Origin: a virus
Direction: 5' to 3' (one strand)
Virus record (IMG/VR): IMGVR_UViG_3300049460_000196
Location: 32,001-96,000 of that record
DNA: 64,000 nt
Positions 54,508 to 64,000 of the stretch are shown piece after piece. Position 1 is the first letter of the stretch. Each line of letters begins with the position of its first letter. Both the position numbers and the translations under genes were made by a program. Below the pieces are notes generated by a model. It made no database searches. It was not told where the DNA came from and saw nothing but the letters and a program-made list of their open reading frames with translations.

Positions 54508-54647
54508 GTTGTATTTAGGATACTGGCTTACCAGATAAAAGTCAAATACTTTATGACTAGTTAACCTACTTGTATATGTCAATAACCGCCGTGTATAGGA
54601 CAAATCTCAAATGAATAAATATTGAAAAATAATCCAGGTGCATTGAT

Positions 54648-55010
54648 ATGAGTTACACTCCTCTTAAGTTGATTGAAAATCTCACAGTTAAAGATATCAA
54701 TCTCACTTCGTCCGTCACTATGACCACAACCGAAGACCCCGTTGTGGTTGACGAATTTCCGATTGGTACTTATCGATCAGCAAAATACGAAACCCAAGTC
54801 AGTGACGGGACCAATTTCCAAATATCCGAAATTAGAGTGTTACACGATGGAGCCCTCGCCTACATGACTGAGTACGGCGTGATCACGAACGCTTCCTTGA
54901 TGGGGACGTTTGTGGTAACTATATCAAATGGATTATTGCAGTTGATGTTCACTCCGGTGGACGCATCAAGCAAAACCATCAAGATTGCTCGATCAACAAT
55001 AACAATCTAA
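54648..55010 (+). CDS. Virion structural protein (YRSAKY domain)
   Basis: YRSAKY..Q...E..VLHDG; TAAATA upstream. Confidence 0.75.
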   Translation: MSYTPLKLIENLTVKDINLTSSVTMTTTEDPVVVDEFPIGTYRSAKYETQVSDGTNFQISEIRVLHDGALAYMTEYGVITNASLMGTFVVTISNGLLQLMFTPVDASSKTIKIARSTITI

Positions 55011-55020
55011 AGGAAACGTT

Positions 55021-56553
55021 ATGTCGATCAATAAAGATCTCGTATTAAAAACCGGGCTTGCTCTCGGTACCACTATCACTAAAGTTAACGGAGTCGCGTT
55101 GACCGACGGCCAATTACTTATTGGCAATTCTGCAACTGGCGCTATGTCAGTTGCCACTCTGGCATCATTAAATGGGGCATCCATCACGAACGGCAATGGC
55201 ACCATTTCGGTGTCCACGAATGCTACCAATCTCAATACAGTTTCAACCATTGTTGCCCGTGATGGCTCTGGTAATTTCTCTGCTGGTACAATTACCGCTG
55301 CACTGACTGGTAATGCTACCTCGGCAACCACAGCAGCGGCACTCACAACCGCCCGCACAATTAATGGTACGGCATTTGACGGTACTGCCAATATCACATT
55401 TACGACTGATGCTACCGCCGAGGGTACCACGAACAAATACTACTTGGATTCGCGTGCGCGTGCTGCAATCTCTGTATCGGGTTCGTTGGCGTACAACTCG
55501 TCCACTGGTGTGCTTTCATACACCACACCAGTAACCACGGTGTTTGGACGTACTGGTGCGATTGTGATGTCGTCAAGTGATGTTACCACGGCACTGGGCT
55601 ATACTCCAGTGAATGCCGCTTTGTTGGGTGCAAACAGTGGTGTCGCAACGCTTGATAGTACGGGCAAATTGACGACTAGCCAGATGCCAGCCGCATTGGT
55701 TGGTGCTGTGGTTTATCAAGGTACATGGAATGCAAATACCAACACACCAACTCTTGCGAGTGGTACTGGCACGAAAGGTCAGTATTACAAGGTATCGGTT
55801 GCGGGCTCTACCAGCATCGATGGTATCACGAACTGGCAAGTCAACGATTCCATTATCTTCGATGGTACAACTTGGGACAAACTCGATGGTGATACGAATG
55901 AAGTATATTCCTTCAACACTCGTACGGGCGCAGTAACTCTGACCTCTGGTGATGTCACCACAGCTCTGGGTTTCACACCATACAATTCAACCAACCCATC
56001 GAACTTCATCACCTCAGCTGGCGCACCTGTTCAAACTGTTGCGGGTCGTACTGGCGCTGTAGTTCTTGCCAATACTGATATCTCGGGGTTGGGTACAATG
56101 TCAACCCATAATGCAACCGCAATTGCTGTTACGGGCGGTACAATCAATGGTACGACTATTGGTGCCACTACGCCATCAACAGGTGCGTTTACGACATTAG
56201 CAGTTATTTCACAAACCCTGAACAGTGTCGCTGCCAAAGCTGCATCGTCAACTGCGGTAACAACCACCTCTGCCACTGCGGTTGATTCATGGCCAGTAGC
56301 TTCGTTCCGCTCAGCTAAGTATGTGATTCAGGTTACGGATACAACAAACTCTGCCTATGAAGCAATCGAGATGTTGGTCATCCATGATGGTACCAACGTG
56401 CATGCTGTGACTTATGGCGACGTATTCACTGGTGCTGCTTCGATGGGGACATTCGATGCCACCATCTCGGCTGGTACTCTGACGCTCACATTTACTGCTC
56501 TGGTGGCATCAACCAAAGCCGTTAAGGTGAGTCGAGACGCGATCGCGGTTTAA
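55021..56553 (+). CDS. Tail-fibre-like protein
   Basis: T/S/G/A-rich; RDGSGNFSAGTITA, GRTGAV repeats, DVTTALGYTP; C-terminal FRSAKY domain. Confidence 0.85.
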   Translation: MSINKDLVLKTGLALGTTITKVNGVALTDGQLLIGNSATGAMSVATLASLNGASITNGNGTISVSTNATNLNTVSTIVARDGSGNFSAGTITAALTGNATSATTAAALTTARTINGTAFDGTANITFTTDATAEGTTNKYYLDSRARAAISVSGSLAYNSSTGVLSYTTPVTTVFGRTGAIVMSSSDVTTALGYTPVNAALLGANSGVATLDSTGKLTTSQMPAALVGAVVYQGTWNANTNTPTLASGTGTKGQYYKVSVAGSTSIDGITNWQVNDSIIFDGTTWDKLDGDTNEVYSFNTRTGAVTLTSGDVTTALGFTPYNSTNPSNFITSAGAPVQTVAGRTGAVVLANTDISGLGTMSTHNATAIAVTGGTINGTTIGATTPSTGAFTTLAVISQTLNSVAAKAASSTAVTTTSATAVDSWPVASFRSAKYVIQVTDTTNSAYEAIEMLVIHDGTNVHAVTYGDVFTGAASMGTFDATISAGTLTLTFTALVASTKAVKVSRDAIAV

Positions 56554-56614
56554 GCCCTCGGTAATGTAATCAAGGGGAGCCGTGCTCCCCTTCTTTGATG
56601 GATAGTGAAATCAA

Positions 56615-57547
56615 ATGGCAACAAATAAAGACTTCTTGGTGAAAAATGGCCTGACGTTAGGTGGCACAATCACTAAGGTAAATGGGGCGGCTCCCACTAA
56701 TGGCCAACTCTTGATTGGTAATACCACCAATTCAAATTTCTCAGTTGGTACACTTACGGTATCAAACGGAGTACTGATTGTCAATGGTGCAGGCACTATT
56801 AGTCTCAGTACCAATGCAACTTCTAATAATACTGCTTCAACTATTGTATCTCGTGATGCCACTGGGAACTTTTCGGCTGGCACGATCACCGCTGCATTGT
56901 CAGGTAATGCGTCGACGGCAACCAAATTACAAGTTAGTCGAAATATGTCTATAACTGGCGATATTGTCCCAGTATCTAACCAAGTTGATTGGAGCACTGA
57001 CTACGTCTTCGATTTACAATTGACTGCTACTGGTGTGGCTGCGGGTACATACAATACGGTAACCCTTGATACCTCGGGCCGGGCAACTGCCGCACAGAAT
57101 GCCAATGGAACAGTGGCACAAAAAATTATTGGCGAAGTCGCACAGGTATCAGGCACCAGTCAGATCGCATATGGTAATACTGCACCGGTATCTACCGCAG
57201 GCACACAGATATGGTCTCAAGCATTTACGCCAAAGTCGGCGACCTCTGATATCGCAATTGAGTTTTCTGGGTTTGTTGACTCAGGTACCAACAATCGCTA
57301 TGTGACGCTTACCTGCTTCCGTGGTACAACCTTAATTGGGCTTACTTCTGCATATATCGCATCTACCAATAGTCCCAATGCGGTTTGTTTGCGATTGATG
57401 GATAATCCAAATACCACATCCAGTGTTACCTATTCTATGCGGATAGGCATATCAACATCTGGCAATACTTGGTATTTGGGTAAAAGTCAGGGCGCCACCT
57501 TTGGTGGTACTAATTGGTCTGGTTGGAGTATTACGGAGATTTATTGA
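56615..57547 (+). CDS. Tail-fibre-like protein
   Basis: N-terminus paralogous to 55021; TGVAAGTY..VT.D..GR.T. Confidence 0.8.
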   Translation: MATNKDFLVKNGLTLGGTITKVNGAAPTNGQLLIGNTTNSNFSVGTLTVSNGVLIVNGAGTISLSTNATSNNTASTIVSRDATGNFSAGTITAALSGNASTATKLQVSRNMSITGDIVPVSNQVDWSTDYVFDLQLTATGVAAGTYNTVTLDTSGRATAAQNANGTVAQKIIGEVAQVSGTSQIAYGNTAPVSTAGTQIWSQAFTPKSATSDIAIEFSGFVDSGTNNRYVTLTCFRGTTLIGLTSAYIASTNSPNAVCLRLMDNPNTTSSVTYSMRIGISTSGNTWYLGKSQGATFGGTNWSGWSITEIY

Positions 57548-58044
57548 TGGATTACATTTTAACACTTAGTCGCAAATTCCCTAACGTTCAAGCAACATGC
57601 TTTGGGGATCCTGAAACATACGATCATATCATTTGGGAAGATGGCGATCCGCTTCCATCTGAAGAAGTCATGCAGACTGCTTGGCTCCAGGTAATGAAGG
57701 ATCTCATGTGGGAATCAATCAAAGGCGAACGCGATCGCCGTAAAGCGGGTGGCGTGAAAGTTGGCAACTATTGGTTCCACTCAGACGATACCTCTCGTAT
57801 TCAACAAATAGCATTGGTCATGTTGGGCGCCAACATTCCCGCAGGCTTGCAATGGAAAACCATGGATGGCACATTCACCACCATGACGCAAACACTGGCG
57901 GGACAAATCTTCGGAGCAATCGTTATGAGTGACCAGAATGTTTTCGCAATTGCGGAACAAAAGAAAGCAGCTATGGAAACTCTTGAAGATCCATTGTCGT
58001 ATGACTATTTGTCTGACTGGCCCATTATTTACGGCGAGCAATAA
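57547..58044 (+). CDS. DUF4376-like tail-fibre assembly protein
   Basis: IK.ERDRRK.GGVKVG..WFHSD..SRIQ...WKTMDG. Confidence 0.8.
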   Translation: MDYILTLSRKFPNVQATCFGDPETYDHIIWEDGDPLPSEEVMQTAWLQVMKDLMWESIKGERDRRKAGGVKVGNYWFHSDDTSRIQQIALVMLGANIPAGLQWKTMDGTFTTMTQTLAGQIFGAIVMSDQNVFAIAEQKKAAMETLEDPLSYDYLSDWPIIYGEQ

Positions 58045-58073
58045 ATACTAAAATTAACCATTTGAGGTGACTC

Positions 58074-58691
58074 ATGTTTTATAAAATAGTATCGTTTTTT
58101 GCCAAGATCATTGGCAAAATCAACTGGGGTGGCAATCGATACAAGATGACCAACGCCGAACTTGAACTGATCCGTAATATGTTGAAAGACAATTACTACA
58201 TCATTTTGACTCGCCACGATGGTCACCTGTCAACCTATGCCATCTCTTTGGCACACAAGTACCTGACTGGTAACTGGGGTCATTACGCTCACGCACTTAT
58301 GAATCTGGAAGGCAATGATGTATCTGCCGACTCAGATTATCGCTTCATTGAAGCTACGGGCAAAGGCGTTCATTACTCGTACTTCATGGATGTATTTGAT
58401 TGCGACTCCGTGGCATTGCTGAAGCCAAAGAGTATGACTATCGAACGTTGGAGTATTGTGATGGAAAAATTGAAGGACAACTTAGGTAAGCCATATGACA
58501 CCATGTTTGACTTGGCAGACGAATCCAAGATGTCATGTGTTGAATTGATCCGTAGCGCACTCATGAGTGAGCCCAACTACGCGGTCGACTATGCAAACTT
58601 CGAGGCAATGATCCAGAAGAGCAGTAACTTGGATCCAAATATGTTCTACGAATGTCCTGACTTCGAGCTTGTTTGGGAGTCACGCCACTAA
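58074..58691 (+). CDS. Permuted papain-like NlpC/P60 (YiiX/YebB-like) enzyme
   Basis: HYAHA...IEA...GV; GKPYD..F...SCVELI. Confidence 0.8.
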   Translation: MFYKIVSFFAKIIGKINWGGNRYKMTNAELELIRNMLKDNYYIILTRHDGHLSTYAISLAHKYLTGNWGHYAHALMNLEGNDVSADSDYRFIEATGKGVHYSYFMDVFDCDSVALLKPKSMTIERWSIVMEKLKDNLGKPYDTMFDLADESKMSCVELIRSALMSEPNYAVDYANFEAMIQKSSNLDPNMFYECPDFELVWESRH

Positions 58692-58715
58692 TAATAAAGC
58701 CCGGAATTCCGGGCT

Positions 58716-59660
58716 TTATGCTGGGATCTTACCAACCACACATATGATGTAATTCATCGCCATATATGGTGGCAAAACAGCGGGCATCGTCACACTGACG
58801 GGCACATTGATAGGTTGTGACGAACCGGTACTGACGATGGTTGGAGCACCACCCGTAAATTGGACGCTTTCGTCAAAAGGCTTTAATGTGGCATTCGCAG
58901 CGTTGGTGCTATATATTCTATTTGCTGGACCGGCAGCAGACGCTAATACCAAGGTATTGTTGGGACTTAGATCTGTGGCTGAGCCAGTATTTACTGGTAT
59001 GTGGATGGTAACCGTGCCAGTAAGTGTCCCAGCCAAAGCATTGTGAGTATGTGATGGTAATTGCGAGGGATCGGTCAGTGTGAAGGTACTCGTTGAATTC
59101 AATGTGGTGCTATTGGTGCCACCAATTGATCCGAACGTATAGGTATCAAGTGGCCCCGTTCCTTGTTGGATTACAACTCGACCACGGAGATCTGGTAATG
59201 AAAATGTAGTTATACCATCTCCACCAAATTGGTTTCCGATCACATTGAATAGAGCTGAATGGTCATTGATCAGTAGTGATTGACCTTGGCACAGCATCCA
59301 GTTGGTAGGAGCAAAATTAAAGGCAATTGCCTTCATTTCCCCAATAAAACTGACAGCATTGAGTGCTTGATCGACATATGACTTGGTGGACGCATGTAGG
59401 GGTGCGGTTGGTAGGCCGCTTAAGGTAAGCGAGCCTGTCATGGTGTCGCCAGCCCGGTTGACAGGAATCAAATTTAAGGCCGTGGTTATGGTTGTGAAAT
59501 TTAACTCGGTTAGCTCAACTATTGATTGATTTCCATCGTCCTTGATGAAAAACATCTTGCCGTCATACGTATTGATAGCTACTTCGCCAAGATGCAAATC
59601 GCTCAATACTGGTTTTTTGTTTTGAACAGCTGACTTCTTTAATACAATACGTATAGCCAT
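58716..59660 (-). CDS. Tail-collar-domain fibre protein
   Basis: IGE..AIAFNFAP.NWMLCQGQ...FGGDGITTFSLPDLRGR. Confidence 0.85.
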   Translation of the reverse strand: MAIRIVLKKSAVQNKKPVLSDLHLGEVAINTYDGKMFFIKDDGNQSIVELTELNFTTITTALNLIPVNRAGDTMTGSLTLSGLPTAPLHASTKSYVDQALNAVSFIGEMKAIAFNFAPTNWMLCQGQSLLINDHSALFNVIGNQFGGDGITTFSLPDLRGRVVIQQGTGPLDTYTFGSIGGTNSTTLNSTSTFTLTDPSQLPSHTHNALAGTLTGTVTIHIPVNTGSATDLSPNNTLVLASAAGPANRIYSTNAANATLKPFDESVQFTGGAPTIVSTGSSQPINVPVSVTMPAVLPPYMAMNYIICVVGKIPA

Positions 59661-59671
59661 ATATTACCTCG

Positions 59672-60160
59672 TTAAATGCAATGCCACCCATCCCCAAATA
59701 CTAGTGTGATACTATATCGTGGTGTCGAGACCACATATGTGGTCTCGCCATCAATTGTCTCGCTGCCATAAGGATGCAATGTGATGGTTTTTGTCTCTGA
59801 GACATTGCCACCCTCGTCCTTGATCACGAAACTTTTATTCTCTATACCTGGTGGCAAGTAGATATCCACCGAACCGTTACGATTGACACCCAGGTAATAT
59901 TGTTGATTAGTAGCAGTGAATTCGGCGGTGGTAATTACGGTACGATTCAAGGAAACGTTTCCTTGTTCAAGCCATACACCAGAACGCATTTGAAATAAAC
60001 TGGGCGAAGATCCATAGCGAATAAAGAGATCGCCATCGTTGCCTGACACTGAATCCTCATCGGGATTACCTGTTCCTTGACGGATTGTTGGGCCGACTTG
60101 TCCTATACGGAAATAGGGCATGATCGTGCCTGCCAATCTCTGAAATACTGATAAACCCAT
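59672..60160 (-). CDS. Structural protein
   Basis: IKDEGG...ITL.P...ETIDG pattern. Confidence 0.7.
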   Translation of the reverse strand: MGLSVFQRLAGTIMPYFRIGQVGPTIRQGTGNPDEDSVSGNDGDLFIRYGSSPSLFQMRSGVWLEQGNVSLNRTVITTAEFTATNQQYYLGVNRNGSVDIYLPPGIENKSFVIKDEGGNVSETKTITLHPYGSETIDGETTYVVSTPRYSITLVFGDGWHCI

Positions 60161-60338
60161 TTACACCCTCGTCATGTTCTTGTTGTTGGTCGTGATACCT
60201 TTTGTGACATTTTAATAACATCCGCGCAACATATCAAAATGATATGGCGAAAAATCGACTTTGGTATTTATGAAACATGGAACCTCAAAATATTCACCTG
60301 CACGCTAAATACGTTTGTTCACTTCCTGAGGTCTTCCC

Positions 60339-61562
60339 ATGTTCATTATTCCTATCCTGGTCATGTTGGTGGCCAGTTATATTGGATACCGTCTGTACCA
60401 ATCACATCTGCAAGATAGTATTCATCCACCAACCAAACCCGAAATCCCAAACGTACCATTTGACAAGTCAGTCAAAGTTCAATTCATCCTCAAACAACGC
60501 GAAACACTCTACGTTGATGAAAAAGAAGGTGATGGTAACTATTCATACGGCGTGCTGCACTCTGGTCTCTACAACAGTGCCAAGTTCATGAACGATATGC
60601 TGCTTGACCAAGGTTATCAGTCTGAAATCATTCACGTATTCGATAACAGTTTTATCGATCGCGAAGTAACACGTTTCCGCCCAAACATTGTCGTCATTGA
60701 AGCCTTCTGGGTGGTTCCAGAAAAGTTCGATGTGCTGGTCAAACTGCATCCGAAAGTTAAATTCATCATTCGCAATCATAGCAAGACTCCATTCTTGGCA
60801 AATGAGGGCATCGCGTTTGACTGGATCATGCGTTACAGCAATACGCCAAACGTCTACGTGAGTTCCAACTCACTCGACACAAACGAAGAAGTAATCGAGC
60901 TGCTCCACAGCATGCACGGCGATTGGTCATACGAAGATGCCGCTGCTCGTTGCCCATTCCTGCCAAACTATTATCCAGTTGAATTCAACACCAAGTTGCA
61001 TGAAGAACGTATCAAGACCCCAGGTGTTATCAACATTGGTTGCTTCGGTGCCATTCGTCCATTGAAGAATCAGATGATTCAAGCAATCGCGGCAATCGCA
61101 TTTGCGGAACGTCATAGCTTGAAATTGCGTTTCCACATTAATGGCAACCGTATCGAAGGCAATGGCAATCAAGTTCTGAAAAATCTGCGTAATCTGTTCA
61201 GCCACCTGGAACATGAACTGGTTGAAAACGCATGGATGCCACATGACAAGTTCATGACTCTGGTGGCAAGCATGGATATGGGCATGCAAGTCAGCTATAC
61301 GGAGACATTTAATATCGTGGCTGCTGATATGATTGCTCAAGGTGTGCCTGTTGTGGTGAGCAAGGAAATTGATTGGGTTGATCCACAATTCTATGCTGAT
61401 CCAAATAGCTGCGATGATATCGTGCGAGTAATGGATCATATCTTTGAATGTGCGCAAACACAGGATAGTTTCAAGATGCTCAAGAGCACATTTGATAACA
61501 TTCACTACTACGACGAAAAGACCATCTATCATTGGAAGACAATGATAGAACAGTTGAAATAA
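60339..61562 (+). CDS. Glycosyltransferase (GT-B-like)
   Basis: GCFGAIRPLKNQ, ETFNIVAAD...GVPVV; N-terminal hydrophobic segment. Confidence 0.8.
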   Translation: MFIIPILVMLVASYIGYRLYQSHLQDSIHPPTKPEIPNVPFDKSVKVQFILKQRETLYVDEKEGDGNYSYGVLHSGLYNSAKFMNDMLLDQGYQSEIIHVFDNSFIDREVTRFRPNIVVIEAFWVVPEKFDVLVKLHPKVKFIIRNHSKTPFLANEGIAFDWIMRYSNTPNVYVSSNSLDTNEEVIELLHSMHGDWSYEDAAARCPFLPNYYPVEFNTKLHEERIKTPGVINIGCFGAIRPLKNQMIQAIAAIAFAERHSLKLRFHINGNRIEGNGNQVLKNLRNLFSHLEHELVENAWMPHDKFMTLVASMDMGMQVSYTETFNIVAADMIAQGVPVVVSKEIDWVDPQFYADPNSCDDIVRVMDHIFECAQTQDSFKMLKSTFDNIHYYDEKTIYHWKTMIEQLK

Positions 61563-61664
61563 AAAACAGGGGGAGCATCTGCTCCCCTTATTCATACAGG
61601 TTAACTTAGTTGTTCATCTGTTAGAAACTCAGATAAATATTGGTCTCTAACATAGGAGACATTT

Positions 61665-63479
61665 ATGGCTAATACAAAGAATTTTGGATTAGACGGCGTT
61701 GCTTCATCCTTGCAATTGGGCAAGGGTGGCCAGCATGTGGTCAGCGAGGGTGGTAAGATTTCCGCCAAGTCTGCTGATGGCACAACTCTGGTTAACGTGC
61801 AAGCTGCTGATCCAGTAGCACCTAGCGACGTAGTCACCAAGCAGGTCCTCGATGCAGTTGATGGTGCTGCAATCAAACTCGGTAACCCTACCGATGCAAG
61901 TCTGGCTGATGGCGCAGTGCCACTCACCAGCACAACAACCGTGGTTAATGCGGTTGATCAACTGAACGAAATCTTGGGTAAACTCGTTCCAGTAGCACCA
62001 ACTAACTTCCCTGCTGGTCAAACACTGACTGTTACTAGCGTGGGTACTACACCATTGCTGGCTTCTGGTTCAGTTCCAGATAATACTTCAGGTGGCACTT
62101 TGCCTGTTGTGGCTGGTGCTTCGGTCACTCGTATTACTGCTGCTACTGTTTCGTCGAACGTAATTGGCGACAACGGTACAACTGGTTTCGTGGGTCCAGG
62201 TGACTCCGGTACCCTGCAAGCTTTGGTAAACAATGCCGTTGCTGATTCACAAGTTATGGCAACTGGCTCACAAAACAAGTCAGGTGTTCTGACCATCAGT
62301 AATGATCAAGCATATCCACTGGCAACTCCTGGTTTCTGGGAGAGCTTCCGTGCGCAAGTCGCAGGTGCTGCTGCAACTCAAGGTTGGAACCGCATCAAGT
62401 TGAATCACACTGGTGCCGGTGCAACCAACGATGTGTACTTTGTTCGTGACAACATTACCGCCAACCCAGTAGTATCGGCTGGTACCGTTGTTGAAGGCAC
62501 GGCTGGTACATTGGCTTACTCGTCAGGTGTTCCACACTATGGCACAGGCGCAAGTTTGACAATTGGTTTCACTGCATCGAATCTGGCTGGTGAGACTTAC
62601 AAGAGTGGCACAATCTTGTCGACAGCGCCAACAACCGCTGGCGCATTCACAACCGTTAATTATGCTGCTGGTTCGGGTGGTCTGCCTGCAATCCTGGCTC
62701 GTCAAACTACTTCGTTCACCGCATCTGGTTTGTCATTGCCAATCGATGGTACCAACTTCCACAACACTACCCAAGTTTCGGCTTTGGCAAGCAATGTGAA
62801 CGGTACAGGTTCGACCACTATTGGTCCAATCGTACTGGTTAAACGTGGTACAACTAGTCGTGTTGACGAACTGTCCTTCCCAGTATCGATTGCTGTCAAC
62901 GGTGGCGTCACTGGTAACGGTTTCCGCGTCGTAATGGGCAACAATGATAATCCGGCTGACGACAAGTCCGGTTTGACTGCCACTGACTGGATCCAAGCAA
63001 ATGCGATTTCAGCATGGGATGCAACTGTAGTGGGCGGTGTTCTGAAAAATGACACCACGAACTACACAACTGGTTATCTGCCAGTTGGTCCTAACCTGTC
63101 AACCCAAAATGCAAGTCAGTACATCACTATCGCCGTGCGTCGTACTGCTGTGTCGAAGTTTGATATCGCGGTAACTGGTTCATATGCGGGTATGTGGGTT
63201 AAACTGCCAGGCGTAACTGATAGCAAGACTACAAGTGCAAATGGTTGGTACTCGATGTCAACTCTGTACGGTGGTGCTGGTTTCCCAGGTGATACTGGTG
63301 GTGCTAACGGTTCGTTGGGTTGCGCTTTGGGTGCGGTTGCAAGCGGTAGTGGTTCGTTCACTTGCACATTCGGTACTCTGAGTTCCACCTCATCCGCAAA
63401 TAACCTGATCTTGGTTCGCATCAAGCTGAACGCTGGTCAGAGTATTTCGGCATTGAGCTTTGTTCCAGCCACACGCTAA
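61665..63479 (+). CDS. Virion structural protein
   Basis: 604 aa, G/T/S/A-rich; TAAATA and SD upstream. Confidence 0.75.
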   Translation: MANTKNFGLDGVASSLQLGKGGQHVVSEGGKISAKSADGTTLVNVQAADPVAPSDVVTKQVLDAVDGAAIKLGNPTDASLADGAVPLTSTTTVVNAVDQLNEILGKLVPVAPTNFPAGQTLTVTSVGTTPLLASGSVPDNTSGGTLPVVAGASVTRITAATVSSNVIGDNGTTGFVGPGDSGTLQALVNNAVADSQVMATGSQNKSGVLTISNDQAYPLATPGFWESFRAQVAGAAATQGWNRIKLNHTGAGATNDVYFVRDNITANPVVSAGTVVEGTAGTLAYSSGVPHYGTGASLTIGFTASNLAGETYKSGTILSTAPTTAGAFTTVNYAAGSGGLPAILARQTTSFTASGLSLPIDGTNFHNTTQVSALASNVNGTGSTTIGPIVLVKRGTTSRVDELSFPVSIAVNGGVTGNGFRVVMGNNDNPADDKSGLTATDWIQANAISAWDATVVGGVLKNDTTNYTTGYLPVGPNLSTQNASQYITIAVRRTAVSKFDIAVTGSYAGMWVKLPGVTDSKTTSANGWYSMSTLYGGAGFPGDTGGANGSLGCALGAVASGSGSFTCTFGTLSSTSSANNLILVRIKLNAGQSISALSFVPATR

Positions 63480-63490
63480 GGAGATAATAT

Positions 63491-64000
63491 ATGTCAATTC
63501 TTGATACATCAAAAGTAGACTTCTTGTGGAAGAAGGTTATCTACGGCGTTGGTAAAACTGACGGCTCCGGTGCTAAGTCGGGTTCAAATGAAACAGTGGC
63601 AAGCCCACTGCCAGTATTTGCTAGTCAAATCTGGGCACAAGCTAGCAACATTCCTGCTTCGCCACCAGCATCGACTGGTGGCGTGGTTCAAGTGTACACG
63701 GGTGCTGCCCGTATTGCTGCAACCAAGGATGCAACTTCGACCCTGAACGTAACCTGGATTTCTGGTCTTACCGACTGGATCCCAGCAACATTCAGTGCGA
63801 ACTACAGCGTGAAAGTTTATGCTGGTGATCCACAGACGACTGGTGTTCAGATCTTCCCAGACACCAACAATGAAGAGTATGTGTTCGACTACGCTTCCGG
63901 TACTCTGCATTTCCCTAACACGGTTCCAGCAGGCGTTGTTGCTAACGGCGTGTACTTGGTTGGTTATCGTTATGTTGGTACCAAAGGTCTGACTGGTGCT
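63491..64000 (+). CDS. Virion structural protein (runs off right edge)
   Basis: MSILDTSKVDFLWKKVIYGVGKTD...; SD AAGGAG. Confidence 0.75.
   Translation, partial: MSILDTSKVDFLWKKVIYGVGKTDGSGAKSGSNETVASPLPVFASQIWAQASNIPASPPASTGGVVQVYTGAARIAATKDATSTLNVTWISGLTDWIPATFSANYSVKVYAGDPQTTGVQIFPDTNNEEYVFDYASGTLHFPNTVPAGVVANGVYLVGYRYVGTKGLTGA

Overview
A 64 kb segment of a large T4-like (jumbo) phage genome in the standard genetic code. It has dense short hypothetical genes, sigma70-like early promoters and TAAATA late promoters. Positions 1-54.5 kb are mostly minus-strand and are dominated by translation and RNA functions. These include about 55 tRNA or tRNA-like genes (a dense array at ~32.3-40.7 kb), an RNase P RNA, a ~0.9 kb GOLLD-like RNA, a 23S rRNA GTPase-centre (L11-binding) mimic, and eight RNAs sharing an ACAGCAA handle (four are circularly permuted tRNA mimics, Y-RNA-like). 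Proteins include Tpt1/KptA, a GatB/YqeY-domain protein, several homing endonucleases and an NAD salvage module (NadM-Nudix, NadV, NadK). Positions 54.6-64 kb are a late structural, tail-fibre-like block. The most notable candidate system is an unannotated 48-codon leader ORF plus intrinsic terminator directly upstream of the tRNA array. The peptide uses exactly the 16 amino acids for which the array has canonical tRNAs; both lack Ser, Tyr, Cys and Glu. Internal micro-ORFs also match the tRNA sub-clusters downstream of them. This suggests ribosome-sensed attenuation that switches phage tRNAs on when host tRNAs are depleted. The second candidate is a set of HNH cassettes that split a tRNA gene at its anticodon and carry a replacement tRNA. 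All calls were made by eye; no searches or folding programs were run.
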